IMG/VR virus record: IMGVR_UViG_3300033151_000203
Coordinates: 1 to 24,528 of that record
Direction: 5' to 3' (one strand)
From: a virus
Taxonomy: Duplodnaviria; Caudoviricetes
Length of the DNA: 24,528 nucleotides
The first letter of the stretch is position 1. Each line of letters opens with the position of its first letter. The position numbers and the translations under genes are program-made. Below are positions 16,329-24,528 of this stretch, one piece after another. The notes under the pieces are model-generated. The model saw only the letters and a program-made list of their open reading frames with translations, made no database searches and was not told the origin of the DNA.

Positions 16329-16667
16329 TTACTTATTAAGATCTATTGCCAACTCGATTGCCAAGTGATATGAATTAACATAGTAAGTCACTGAGCCACC
16401 TTTCATTTCCAAGTCAATGCATTTCTGTTTGATCTGGTCCTTGGTGACACTGGTTGGATTCTCTTGGCTTAAGAACCACTCCTTAAGGGCACCTACTTTG
16501 GTCACCTTTTTTGGTGGTTCCAAGCCCTCTTCAATAATCAAGGCTTCAACACAACTCCTTGCCTCAGTCTTAGTGGCATAGATATCAACCATTACTAGGA
16601 AAGCAACGATGTCTGCTATTGATTTGCCACCTTTGATAAAGGCAATTACTTCTTCTTGGTTTTTCAT
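16329..16667 (-). CDS. Stand-alone hypothetical protein, paralog of 3219..3896
   Basis: AGGAG RBS, own promoter and terminator; shares L..WF...K..I..K...M..GS.TYYV...L..E with the 225-aa protein. Confidence 0.85.
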   Translation of the reverse strand: MKNQEEVIAFIKGGKSIADIVAFLVMVDIYATKTEARSCVEALIIEEGLEPPKKVTKVGALKEWFLSQENPTSVTKDQIKQKCIDLEMKGGSVTYYVNSYHLAIELAIDLNK

Positions 16668-16682
16668 TGGATCACTCCTGGT

Positions 16683-16715
16683 AGACCTTTAAAAGGTGAG
16701 GTCTTTAACACCTTT
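16683..16715 (-). ncRNA. Putative H-type pseudoknot in the 5' UTR
   Basis: Minus strand AAAGGTG-TTAA-AGACCT-CACCTTT-TAA-AGGTCT: two perfectly complementary interleaved stems. Confidence 0.55.
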
Positions 16716-16731
16716 GCTTAATTTATGAGTT

Positions 16732-16761
16732 ATTATATCGTATTTATTAATAGACGTACAC
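16732..16761 (-). promoter_or_regulatory. Variant promoter GTGTACG-N17-TATAAT
   Basis: TATAAT (16737-16732), 17-nt spacer similar to the other promoters, -35 variant TGTACG. Confidence 0.6.
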
Positions 16762-16811
16762 TACTATTTTAATTAATTTGCGCTAATAGTAGTGCTAAAC
16801 GTATTGATATC

Positions 16812-16926
16812 GGTATTGATATTAATAATATTAATAATAATCATTCGCATTTATATTAATATTATTAATAATAGGTATTGATATTAATAATATTAATAAT
16901 AATCATTCGCATTTATATTAATATTA
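16812..16926. repeat. Two AT-rich 53-bp direct repeats (62-bp period), each with a Fur-box-like core
   Basis: GGTATTGATATTAATAATATTAATAATAATCATTCGCATTTATATTAATATTA at 16812 and 16874. Confidence 0.85.
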
Positions 16927-16936
16927 CCACTAATAC

Positions 16937-17026
16937 CTACGCTACCAGGCGCTTTGACATATATATAATGTCGTATATAAAGAAGCGGGGGCGTACGCGC
17001 GCATGCCAAAGACAATGGTAGCGTAG
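16937..17026. other. Dyad-symmetric element, candidate genome terminus/packaging site
   Basis: 24-bp inverted arms (19/24 match; outer 11 bp perfect CTACGCTACCA/TGGTAGCGTAG) around a GC-rich GCGGGGGCGTACGCGCGC core, at the strand switch. Confidence 0.5.
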
Positions 17027-17036
17027 CGGTGTGCGC

Positions 17037-17205
17037 TGAGAAATAAAAAAATTTTCAGGAAAACTTTCAGGAAAACCTTCAGGAAAACATGAGAAATAAA
17101 AAATTTTCAGGAAAACATGAGAAATAAAAAATTTTCAGGAAAACATGAGAAATAAAAAATTTTCAGGAAAACTTTCAGGAAAACCTTCAGGAAAAACGTG
17201 AGAAA
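17037..17205. repeat. Nested tandem repeats (28-bp unit; 8 copies of TTCAGGAAAA)
   Basis: TGAGAAATAAAAAA(A)TTTTCAGGAAAAC x4 with extra TTCAGGAAAA subunits. Confidence 0.9.
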
Positions 17206-17209
17206 CTCA

Positions 17210-17255
17210 GTGCGTAGTGGATGTATTATCTGGTGCGTAGCGGATGTATTATCTG
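17210..17255. repeat. 23-bp direct repeat x2
   Basis: GTGCGTAG(T/C)GGATGTATTATCTG at 17210 and 17233. Confidence 0.85.
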
Positions 17256-17277
17256 GTAGCGGTTGGAACAGATGCTC

Positions 17278-17290
17278 TAAGTCCTTGATA
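17278..17290 (-). promoter_or_regulatory. IHF-consensus site
   Basis: Minus strand TATCAAGGACTTA matches WATCAANNNNTTR, next to an A tract. Confidence 0.5.
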
Positions 17291-17310
17291 TATAAGCAAA
17301 AAAAATAAAT

Positions 17311-17339
17311 TTTACTTTCTCCCAAATATGTGCTATAAT
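17311..17339 (+). promoter_or_regulatory. Sigma70-type promoter of the packaging/structural operon
   Basis: TTTACT, 17 nt, TG-extended TATAAT upstream of terS. Confidence 0.7.
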
Positions 17340-17370
17340 TAGAGGCACGATAATTACTAAGAATAATGCC

Positions 17371-17601
17371 ATGAGTCAGAATAGTAGAGTACTGAATTTG
17401 ATACGAGAACATTCTGGTTCTACGTTGTATCACCCGTTATGCGCACTACATGATCTATGCGCTGAGCCCGATGCTACTATAACTGACCAGATCAACATAC
17501 ATAAAACCATAGCCAAATACGTGGAAGCAGAACATAAGCAAATAGAATTTACTGGTGGTGATGGTAATGAGCCTGTTGGTTTGAACATTTCTATCGGCTA
17601 A
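17371..17601 (+). CDS. terS: Putative terminase small subunit
   Basis: First gene of the plus-strand arm, upstream of terL; YHPL...AKYVE...K.IE.TG.DG..P tail typical of small terminases. Confidence 0.55.
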   Translation: MSQNSRVLNLIREHSGSTLYHPLCALHDLCAEPDATITDQINIHKTIAKYVEAEHKQIEFTGGDGNEPVGLNISIG

Positions 17602-17606
17602 GCACT

Positions 17607-18566
17607 ATGCCACTAGTCAGAGACCAACGTCCACCAGACAATCCTATAACGGAGATGCTTAAAGAGATAGCATACTTCAGGGGTAAACAAAATTTTGAGC
17701 CTCAGGACTCAATGATTGGTAGCGTATTAGCTCATCCATTGGAAGGAATAGATAGATTTACTGACAATGTAAGACTAGCACAGGGTAGACAACCTAAGTA
17801 TAGAGCAGACCAAGGCGTATATGAACCATCCATAGACCAGCAGTTATATGGAGCATTTAACTTAGCTGGTAGTGCAAATCTAGGTACTATGTCATTTGCA
17901 CCTTCTGGTCGAGGAACCTTAGGTACAATCAAGTCTATTCATGGTGCAAAGTCCATGGCAACTGCTGCTAAGAACGCTATGCTGCCTATTGCAGAAGGTG
18001 GCTTAGGGCTTCGTAAAGGCAATACTGCGTTCGAGAGAGCCAAAGCCATGGGATATGACACTGATAGGAAGCTATATCATGGTACGCAGAAGGTATTTGA
18101 CCGGTTCAAGCCAGGTGAAAGTGGCATGGGCAAAGGTGTTTATCTCACTGATGACTTAAGCGAAGCCAAAGGTTACGCTTATGGCAATGCAGATACCAGG
18201 GCGAAGGGCATTATAGACAACCACCCTGACGCTAATGTCATGGAGACACTCTTAAGAGGCAAGTATGCCGACCTTAGACCGAACACGTTCGATACTGGTG
18301 GGTTGAACATACAGAGTTTGATGGAGCGCGAGGGGCTTAGCGGCATGCACAAAGGCCTTAAAGGCAAAGGGTATGACGGTATAATTATGGACGATGACAC
18401 TGGTCTACTACCTATGGCAATAAAGGGCAATCACCATATGGTATATGACCCGAAGAATATTAGGTCGACTAAGGCGGCGTTTGACCCATTGAGGAAGAAC
18501 TCGTCCAACATTATGGCATCAGGGCTACTAGGACTAGTATTAAGCGAAGAATATGACAGATATTAA
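17607..18566 (+). CDS. ADP-ribosyltransferase-fold protein (ART-PolyVal-like)
   Basis: LYHGT, GKGVYLT, A..YA, GYDGII, VYDP.NIRS..AAFDP motifs. Confidence 0.7.
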   Translation: MPLVRDQRPPDNPITEMLKEIAYFRGKQNFEPQDSMIGSVLAHPLEGIDRFTDNVRLAQGRQPKYRADQGVYEPSIDQQLYGAFNLAGSANLGTMSFAPSGRGTLGTIKSIHGAKSMATAAKNAMLPIAEGGLGLRKGNTAFERAKAMGYDTDRKLYHGTQKVFDRFKPGESGMGKGVYLTDDLSEAKGYAYGNADTRAKGIIDNHPDANVMETLLRGKYADLRPNTFDTGGLNIQSLMEREGLSGMHKGLKGKGYDGIIMDDDTGLLPMAIKGNHHMVYDPKNIRSTKAAFDPLRKNSSNIMASGLLGLVLSEEYDRY

Positions 18567-19941
18567 CTATATTGCGTCACCTACAGCTAGTAAGTTTCAC
18601 AAGTCTCCTAAGTTTGTCAGAGCTATTATAGGACCACTTGGTAGCGGCAAGAGTGTAGCGTGTGTCATGGAGATGATCAGACTGGCTCTATTACAGGAGC
18701 CACATAAAGGAGTGCGTAGTACGCGGTTCTGTATCATACGCAATACATACAGAGAATTACTGGATACCACCATGGCAACATTTCATGACTGGATTCCGAA
18801 GGAATTAGGAGTAACTAGCGTACTTAACAGTAAGTTTACTCTTATACAGAAATTAAACGATGGTACTAAGATCCATGCAGAATTTTTATTTAGAGCGTTA
18901 GATAAACCAAGTGACATAAAAAAGCTCTTATCACTAGAGCTAACCTACATATTCATGAACGAGTGCAGAGAGATTCCTAAGCAAGTGCTCGACATGGGAA
19001 TAGGACGGGTTGGTAGATATCCTGCCAAACGTGATGGAGGCCCTACTAGATGGGGAGTTATCATGGACACCAACCCTCCAGACAGTGACAGTTGGTTTTA
19101 TAGAACATTTGAAGAGGATTTGCCTGAGAACCATGCTATATTCCACCAGCCTAGTGGGTTGGCGGAGGGTGCAGAGAACATAGAGAACTTACCGCCAGAG
19201 TATTACACTAACATGATCCATGGTAAATCTAAAGAATGGATCAAAGTATTTATTGAAGGGATGTATGGATTCGTGACTGATGATAAACCAGTATACCCAG
19301 AGTATCGTGATGAGATTCACTGTATTGACTCATACGAGCCAAACAGTTCCACTATATACATTGGCATAGATTTTGGACTTACACCAGCAGCAGTGTTTGG
19401 TCAGATCACTGCTGCTGGGCGCATGGTTGTATTCGACGAGTTAGTTACATTCGACATGGGTGCGATGAGCTTCGGTAAACTACTTAGAGAGAAAATTAAT
19501 AGCAAGTATCCTATGCATGCCACGGAGATTTATGCGGATCCAGCTGGTGAGCAGAGAGCACAAACAGACGAAATAACTCCATTCATGGTGCTAAGCAAGC
19601 AGGGTGTGGAGGCAGTACCTACGTATACGAACGATCCTATTATACGTAGAGAGGCAGTAGCAGACTATCTCATGAGGCTTGACTTCTCTGGTAACCCTGC
19701 TTTTGCGATTACTAAAAATTGTAAGATCCTGCGCAAAGCGTTTGCTGGAGGATATAAATATAAACGAGTTCAGGTATCTGGTGAAGAGCGATATGTTGAT
19801 AAGCCTGATAAAGGCAAGTATTCACACGTGGCAGATGGATGCCAGTACATGTTCCTTGGTGCAGTAGGCGGAGCCAATGTTGTCGGAGGGTTTGACAACG
19901 CTAAGCCTCTAGAGTACCGTGATCAAGGGTTGGTTACCTAA
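18553..19941 (+). CDS. terL: Terminase large subunit
   Basis: Walker A GPLGSGKS, IIRNTY, Walker B variant IFMNE, DTNPP, nuclease GIDFG and HVADGCQY. Confidence 0.95.
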   Translation: MTDINYIASPTASKFHKSPKFVRAIIGPLGSGKSVACVMEMIRLALLQEPHKGVRSTRFCIIRNTYRELLDTTMATFHDWIPKELGVTSVLNSKFTLIQKLNDGTKIHAEFLFRALDKPSDIKKLLSLELTYIFMNECREIPKQVLDMGIGRVGRYPAKRDGGPTRWGVIMDTNPPDSDSWFYRTFEEDLPENHAIFHQPSGLAEGAENIENLPPEYYTNMIHGKSKEWIKVFIEGMYGFVTDDKPVYPEYRDEIHCIDSYEPNSSTIYIGIDFGLTPAAVFGQITAAGRMVVFDELVTFDMGAMSFGKLLREKINSKYPMHATEIYADPAGEQRAQTDEITPFMVLSKQGVEAVPTYTNDPIIRREAVADYLMRLDFSGNPAFAITKNCKILRKAFAGGYKYKRVQVSGEERYVDKPDKGKYSHVADGCQYMFLGAVGGANVVGGFDNAKPLEYRDQGLVT

Positions 19942-19942
19942 T

Positions 19943-22081
19943 ATGCTAGACAATGAGAAAGTATTACAGATAGTAACGGCAGAGCTAACGCAGAACCATA
20001 GTTCTGGGCATGCTATACCTGACTTAGAGACATCGCTCGACTACTACCTTGGTAATCCTAATGGTAGAGAGGTCGAGGGTAGATCGCAGGTAACGTCAAC
20101 AGACGTAGCGGATGCTATTGAGTGGATAATGCCACAGATCATGAAGTCATTCACTCAGAACAATGAGATAGTGACATTTGACCCAGTTCATCAAGGTGAT
20201 GAGCTACAAGCAGAATTAGAGTCTCAGTACGTGTACGAAGTACTGATGAAGCAAAACGAAGGGTTTGTATTAATACATCAGTTCGTCAAAGACGCATTGA
20301 TGCAACGTAACGGCATATTAAAGGTATACTACGAGAATGAAACGAAATCATGGACTTCTTCATACACTGGAATCAGTCAAGAAGAACTTAATGTATTGGG
20401 CTCAGCGCCAACTTGTGAGATTGTTGAGCTAAGCGATTATATTGATAGCGTAACACAACAGCCACTGTTTGACGTAAAGATCAAGTTTACATCAAGCAAT
20501 GGTAGAATAATTATTGATGCTGTACCACCAGAAGAGTTTAGAATATGCTCAGATCATAACTCTATATGCTTAGATGGTGCTAGATTTACAGCTCATGTGT
20601 TAGAGAAGACATTCTCTGAATTGGCTGCTGAAGGTTATGATACAGAATTGCTTGATACAGTAGGTGTTAGTGAGGAGTATGATTCAGATTATAGATTCGC
20701 AGCACAGGGTGAATCCACTATACATGACTACGAATCAGATGATCCATCACAGAGAAAGACAGTAGTATCTGAGTGCTATCTTTTAATGGATTATAACGAA
20801 GATGGTATATCAGAACTATGTAAGGTAACAGTAGCTGGTGACGATTCACCAACGGTAGTGCTTTCAGTTGAAGAGATCGATAGTGGTCCATGGGTATCAA
20901 CTACAGCAATTATCATGTCGCACAAGTGGCAAGGCCTAAGTATATATGATAGACTTAAAGAGATACAAGATCAGAAAACTGCACTATGGCGTAGTATGTT
21001 TGATAATGTTTATTTTCAAAACAATCAACGAGTTGCAGTTGTAGAAGGGCAAGTTAATTTGGATGACATGTTAGTATCTCGTCCGAATGGCATAGTAAGA
21101 GTTAAGCGATTAGATGCCATTATGCCTATTGCAACTCCTCAACTATCATCCGATAGCTACACCATGATGCAGCACTTGGATGAAGTAAAGGCGGGACGCT
21201 CAGGCGTGTCGGCTGAGGGTGGTGCTACCCCTCAAAATATTGGCGACAGAGTAGGGTCTCAAGGCGTAGATAGAATGATGAACGCTAAAGAGGCATTGGT
21301 TGGACTTATTATACGTGTAGTTGCAGAGACTGGTATGAAACCTCTGTGCATTAAGATCAGAGATTTAAGTACGAAGCATGTAGACGCTATTACTGATTTC
21401 AGACATAAAGGTGAATGGCGTAAGATTCAGCCATCTTCATGGATAGATAGAAGTAGTACGACAGTTAGAGTAGGCACAGGTACTGGGGATACTTCTGAGA
21501 AGACTAGTGCACTTATGTTTGTAATGACTCTACAAGAGAAATTGCAGATTATGCCAGAACAGACACTGGTAGATCAATCCCAGATGTATGAGGCCATAGA
21601 TGATTATTGTAAGTTAACTGGGTTGAATTCTGCAGGTAGATACTTTGTAGATCCTAACTCTGAAGAAGGTAAGAAGGCACAAGAGACCAAGGCTAAGTCA
21701 TCAGAAGAAGCATCTCAGAAAGAAGATCAGATGCAACAAACTATTGCTCAGTCTCAAATGAAACTGGCTGAAGCAGAGGTCGCAAAGGCTCAAGCACAGA
21801 TGGCTAACGTACAGTTGAAGTCTAAGACTGATATGATAAAGAATCAGTTGCAACTACAAAAGCAGACATATGAGGCTCAACTTAAGCAGTTAGAGCAACA
21901 ATTGAGTGAAGCACAGATGGTTGCTAGTAGTATTGAGAAAGCTGATGATTTACAATTTAGGTATGACGATATGAATGCTCGTAATGGCATAGAATTAACC
22001 AGAATTGAAGCAGACAAGGAACGTGATTTGAACGCTCAATTCCTACAGAATAAGGAGTCAGTAAATGAAGGAACAGAATAG
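19943..22081 (+). CDS. Portal protein (P22/SU10-like) with C-terminal coiled-coil barrel
   Basis: DYYLG...GRSQV.S.DV.DAIEWIMP.IMK.F, KDAL.QRNG..KV, VPPEEF; long Gln-rich helical tail; follows terL. Confidence 0.92.
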   Translation: MLDNEKVLQIVTAELTQNHSSGHAIPDLETSLDYYLGNPNGREVEGRSQVTSTDVADAIEWIMPQIMKSFTQNNEIVTFDPVHQGDELQAELESQYVYEVLMKQNEGFVLIHQFVKDALMQRNGILKVYYENETKSWTSSYTGISQEELNVLGSAPTCEIVELSDYIDSVTQQPLFDVKIKFTSSNGRIIIDAVPPEEFRICSDHNSICLDGARFTAHVLEKTFSELAAEGYDTELLDTVGVSEEYDSDYRFAAQGESTIHDYESDDPSQRKTVVSECYLLMDYNEDGISELCKVTVAGDDSPTVVLSVEEIDSGPWVSTTAIIMSHKWQGLSIYDRLKEIQDQKTALWRSMFDNVYFQNNQRVAVVEGQVNLDDMLVSRPNGIVRVKRLDAIMPIATPQLSSDSYTMMQHLDEVKAGRSGVSAEGGATPQNIGDRVGSQGVDRMMNAKEALVGLIIRVVAETGMKPLCIKIRDLSTKHVDAITDFRHKGEWRKIQPSSWIDRSSTTVRVGTGTGDTSEKTSALMFVMTLQEKLQIMPEQTLVDQSQMYEAIDDYCKLTGLNSAGRYFVDPNSEEGKKAQETKAKSSEEASQKEDQMQQTIAQSQMKLAEAEVAKAQAQMANVQLKSKTDMIKNQLQLQKQTYEAQLKQLEQQLSEAQMVASSIEKADDLQFRYDDMNARNGIELTRIEADKERDLNAQFLQNKESVNEGTE

Positions 22082-22343
22082 TGAAGAAGATATTTTAGAG
22101 CATGAAGTTACGTTCTCTAAGAAAGTAGAGCATTCTTATACGTCATGGCTATCTGATTACTTTGCCAAAGAAAGATTGAACTCCTTTAATAATTTTTGTG
22201 ACCCTTTGCTTGATAAAGAGTATTTGGATACATTAAGGAACCGTCAACTATCGCTCGACAAAATAGAATCTGATATGTTGACATATATAGAAACAGGTAG
22301 ATTGGCTAGTATGACATTAGCTAAAATACACGAACAGGAATAA
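22065..22343 (+). CDS. Hypothetical head-module protein
   Basis: 92-aa helical ORF between portal and scaffold; AAGGAG RBS. Confidence 0.75.
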   Translation: MKEQNSEEDILEHEVTFSKKVEHSYTSWLSDYFAKERLNSFNNFCDPLLDKEYLDTLRNRQLSLDKIESDMLTYIETGRLASMTLAKIHEQE

Positions 22344-22347
22344 AACT

Positions 22348-23394
22348 ATGAGTGATGAAACTACTCCAACCTCTGATGAGGCGAATGTTGAACCATTAGA
22401 TGAAATAGCAGACTTACTAGTTGGGTCTGATGAAGAAACAGATGATAAGACCGACGATACTGAAGACCTCGATAGCGAGGACTCTGAAGAATCCACTGAA
22501 GTTAATGAATCTGATAACGAAGAAGAACTTGAAGATGATGAGCCAGAGACATGGGCAAACGCTTTAGGTGTTGAAGATGGTAATGTTTTACTTGATGATA
22601 AAGGTAACTTTGCAGGTGTTAATATAAAGGTTGATGGTGAATCATCGACTGTTAGCATGAAAGATTTGATAGCTGGTTTTCAGACTAACAAGCATAATAC
22701 ACACAGCTCACAGTCCCTCTCACAAGAGAGAAAGACATTTGAAGCTCAACGTGATAATGCTGTTGCTGACTATACAAAGAAACTATCAGATGTATCTAAA
22801 CTTTCACAGTTTATGCATAGTAACTTACTCAGTGATTTTAATAACGTTAATTGGCAAGAACTTAGAAATACAGACCCAGCAGAATATGCTGCTATGTACC
22901 AAGATTTTGAGAATAGAAAACAGGAAATTCAGAACATATACTCTGCGATAGACCAAGAGCGTAATAATGAACAATCCACTACTCAAAATAATAACCAGAA
23001 TGCTCAGTATCAATACTTGCATGATGAGTTGGCTAAGGTTCAAGTTAATAATCCTGAGTGGGATACTAACGAAAAGATACAAACTGCGTTTAAGGACATG
23101 AGTTCTTTTGTAGAAACTACATATGGAATAACTCCTGAAGTATTTAATTCTTTAGGCGATTCCAGATATGTTGAAGTTATTAAAGATGCCATGGCTTATC
23201 GCAAAGGCAAGAAAGTTACTCAAAAGAAAATCAAGCAGAACTTGCCTAAATTTCAGAAGAGCAAGAATGGAAGATCTGGCAGTAAGAGAGCTTCCAAGCT
23301 AGATAAATTAACCAAACTTGCTAAAGCAGAATCTGGAGCTGGTCGTAGAGACGCCGAAGTTAATGCTATAGCAGAACTCTTAACAGGTGGATAG
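22348..23394 (+). CDS. Capsid scaffolding protein
   Basis: Acidic N-terminus, VKVDGE-like IKVDGE...DLI.G.Q, NWQELR..DPAEY, basic C-terminus; directly upstream of the MCP. Confidence 0.85.
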   Translation: MSDETTPTSDEANVEPLDEIADLLVGSDEETDDKTDDTEDLDSEDSEESTEVNESDNEEELEDDEPETWANALGVEDGNVLLDDKGNFAGVNIKVDGESSTVSMKDLIAGFQTNKHNTHSSQSLSQERKTFEAQRDNAVADYTKKLSDVSKLSQFMHSNLLSDFNNVNWQELRNTDPAEYAAMYQDFENRKQEIQNIYSAIDQERNNEQSTTQNNNQNAQYQYLHDELAKVQVNNPEWDTNEKIQTAFKDMSSFVETTYGITPEVFNSLGDSRYVEVIKDAMAYRKGKKVTQKKIKQNLPKFQKSKNGRSGSKRASKLDKLTKLAKAESGAGRRDAEVNAIAELLTGG

Positions 23395-23397
23395 AAA

Positions 23398-24450
23398 ATG
23401 AGTACAGCAAATTTAGATAGTGCCGACCTAAAGGCGGTCACTAGAGGCGGATTAATCCGTGAAGATGTAATGAATAAGATCTGGGATATTAGCAAGATCC
23501 CATTACCTTTTACCGATTTAGTGGGCAAAGCATCCGCTAAGAATGAATACAAAGAATGGACCGTTGATGAACTAGCGGATCCTGACTTTGCAAATGCGAT
23601 CGTAGACGGATCGGATGCAACAGGCAATAACACCAAAACCGGCGCTCGCGTTGGTAACCATCACCAGATTTCAGATAAGGTGGTTAAGGTGTCTTACCGT
23701 GCCGATGCTTCGGATACAATCGGACGTGCTAAAGAACTGTCTTATCAGTTGATGAGACGACAGCAAGAGCTGAGACGTGACGTTGAAGGTATTGCGCTAT
23801 TACCACAGGCTTCTGTGGCTGATAATGGTGATGCGGTAGCTGGTAAAGTGGGAAGTTTACCATCCTGGTTGGTGACTAACACTATCAACTTAACTACTCC
23901 TACTGGATTCGATCCGTCTACAGGTAAAACTACCGTATCAGCTGCGACAGCGGACGGAATCGCGCTAACCGAGACCTTTATTCGTGATACCGTTGAGAGT
24001 ATCTACGGGCAGGGTGGCGATCCAACTATCTTGACGTCAGTACCAGGGATTATCAGAAAAATCTCTGAATACCTATTCACATCAAGTGCACGTGTTGCTA
24101 CATTAATGAGTGACCAAGGTAAGAGTACTGAAAAGGCTTCTGCACTAGGTTCAATCAATGTCTTCGTAACTGACTTCGGGACTCTTCGCATGGTTCCTAA
24201 CCGTTTACAGCCACGCTACAACGCTGCATACGCGACTCCAAGTCTGACTGCTGATTTCGCGGATGTCTTCATCTTGGACCCAGCATATTTAAGCCTTTGC
24301 TATTTGAAAGGTTATCGCACTGATACATTGGCTAAAACCGGTCTGGCTGAGAATCGCCAAATGTCTGTTGATTGGTCATTAATCGTGAACACTGAAAAGG
24401 CTCACGGTATTATTGCTTCTGTCGATCCTACCCTGGATATGACAGCATAA
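23398..24450 (+). CDS. Major capsid protein (DUF5309/SU10-like family)
   Basis: RED....I.DIS....PF, EW..D.L, N..QI..K...VS, ELSYQL.....ELRRDVE, TDFG.L..VPNR, LAKTG motifs. Confidence 0.92.
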   Translation: MSTANLDSADLKAVTRGGLIREDVMNKIWDISKIPLPFTDLVGKASAKNEYKEWTVDELADPDFANAIVDGSDATGNNTKTGARVGNHHQISDKVVKVSYRADASDTIGRAKELSYQLMRRQQELRRDVEGIALLPQASVADNGDAVAGKVGSLPSWLVTNTINLTTPTGFDPSTGKTTVSAATADGIALTETFIRDTVESIYGQGGDPTILTSVPGIIRKISEYLFTSSARVATLMSDQGKSTEKASALGSINVFVTDFGTLRMVPNRLQPRYNAAYATPSLTADFADVFILDPAYLSLCYLKGYRTDTLAKTGLAENRQMSVDWSLIVNTEKAHGIIASVDPTLDMTA

Positions 24451-24480
24451 ATCACCCCTCCAAAAGGTGAAATAAGGGGA

Positions 24481-24520
24481 GTTGCTGCAGGGGGCCAAGC
24501 CATACAATACCTGCAGCAAC
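24481..24520 (+). other. Strong hairpin downstream of the MCP gene
   Basis: GTTGCTGCAGG-18 nt-CCTGCAGCAAC perfect 11-bp stem; no U tract visible before the window ends. Confidence 0.6.
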
Positions 24521-24528
24521 GAACCCCC

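Noticed and set aside
15762-17255. Repeat arrays as a CRISPR array, given the Cas4-like gene
   Set aside because: Repeats are directly tandem with no unique spacers; solo Cas4-like nucleases are ordinary phage replication genes.
17107-17433. 108-aa minus-strand ORF
   Set aside because: Runs through the repeat array (FLKVFLKVFLK) and antisense to terS and its promoter; spurious.
18940-18975. TerL Walker B reading NE instead of DE
   Set aside because: All other motifs are intact and this variant is familiar in phage terminases; no sign of inactivation.
3290-24191. Many short antisense or nested ORFs in the track (e.g. 3478..3786, 13847..14263, 22317..22658, 23253..23636)
   Set aside because: Shadows of well-supported genes; Ser/Leu-rich, with no RBS or motifs.
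1-24528. Prophage, integrase, transposase, reverse transcriptase or intron
   Set aside because: No such motifs or host genes seen; lifestyle cannot be determined from this partial genome.

Overview
This window is an AT-rich fragment of a tailed dsDNA phage genome with two divergent arms; the head module looks podovirus-like. The minus-strand arm (1-16.7 kb) carries a prim-pol/helicase, family A DNA polymerase, Cas4-like exonuclease, VRR-NUC nuclease, SNF2 helicase, putative SSB, a nucleotide-metabolism cluster and an ATP-dependent DNA ligase. The plus-strand arm (17.4 kb onward) carries terS, an ADP-ribosyltransferase-like gene, terL, portal, scaffold and major capsid protein. Between the arms lies a repeat-rich region with iteron-like repeats, IHF-consensus sites, two Fur-box-like sites and a dyad-symmetric candidate genome end. 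The most interesting item is a translationally coupled dCMP deaminase / O-methyltransferase / U32-family Fe-S hydroxylase-like operon next to a dNMP kinase and a dNTP pyrophosphohydrolase, with no recognisable thymidylate synthase in the window. This suggests an undescribed hydroxylate-then-methylate pyrimidine modification pathway (e.g. 5-methoxy-dU). Also notable: frameshifted ligase and kinase genes, a two-gene cassette flanked by a duplicated polA start region, a switch-like RNA leader on the primase, and a pseudoknot leader on a stand-alone early gene. All family calls come from motif recognition by eye; no database searches were run.
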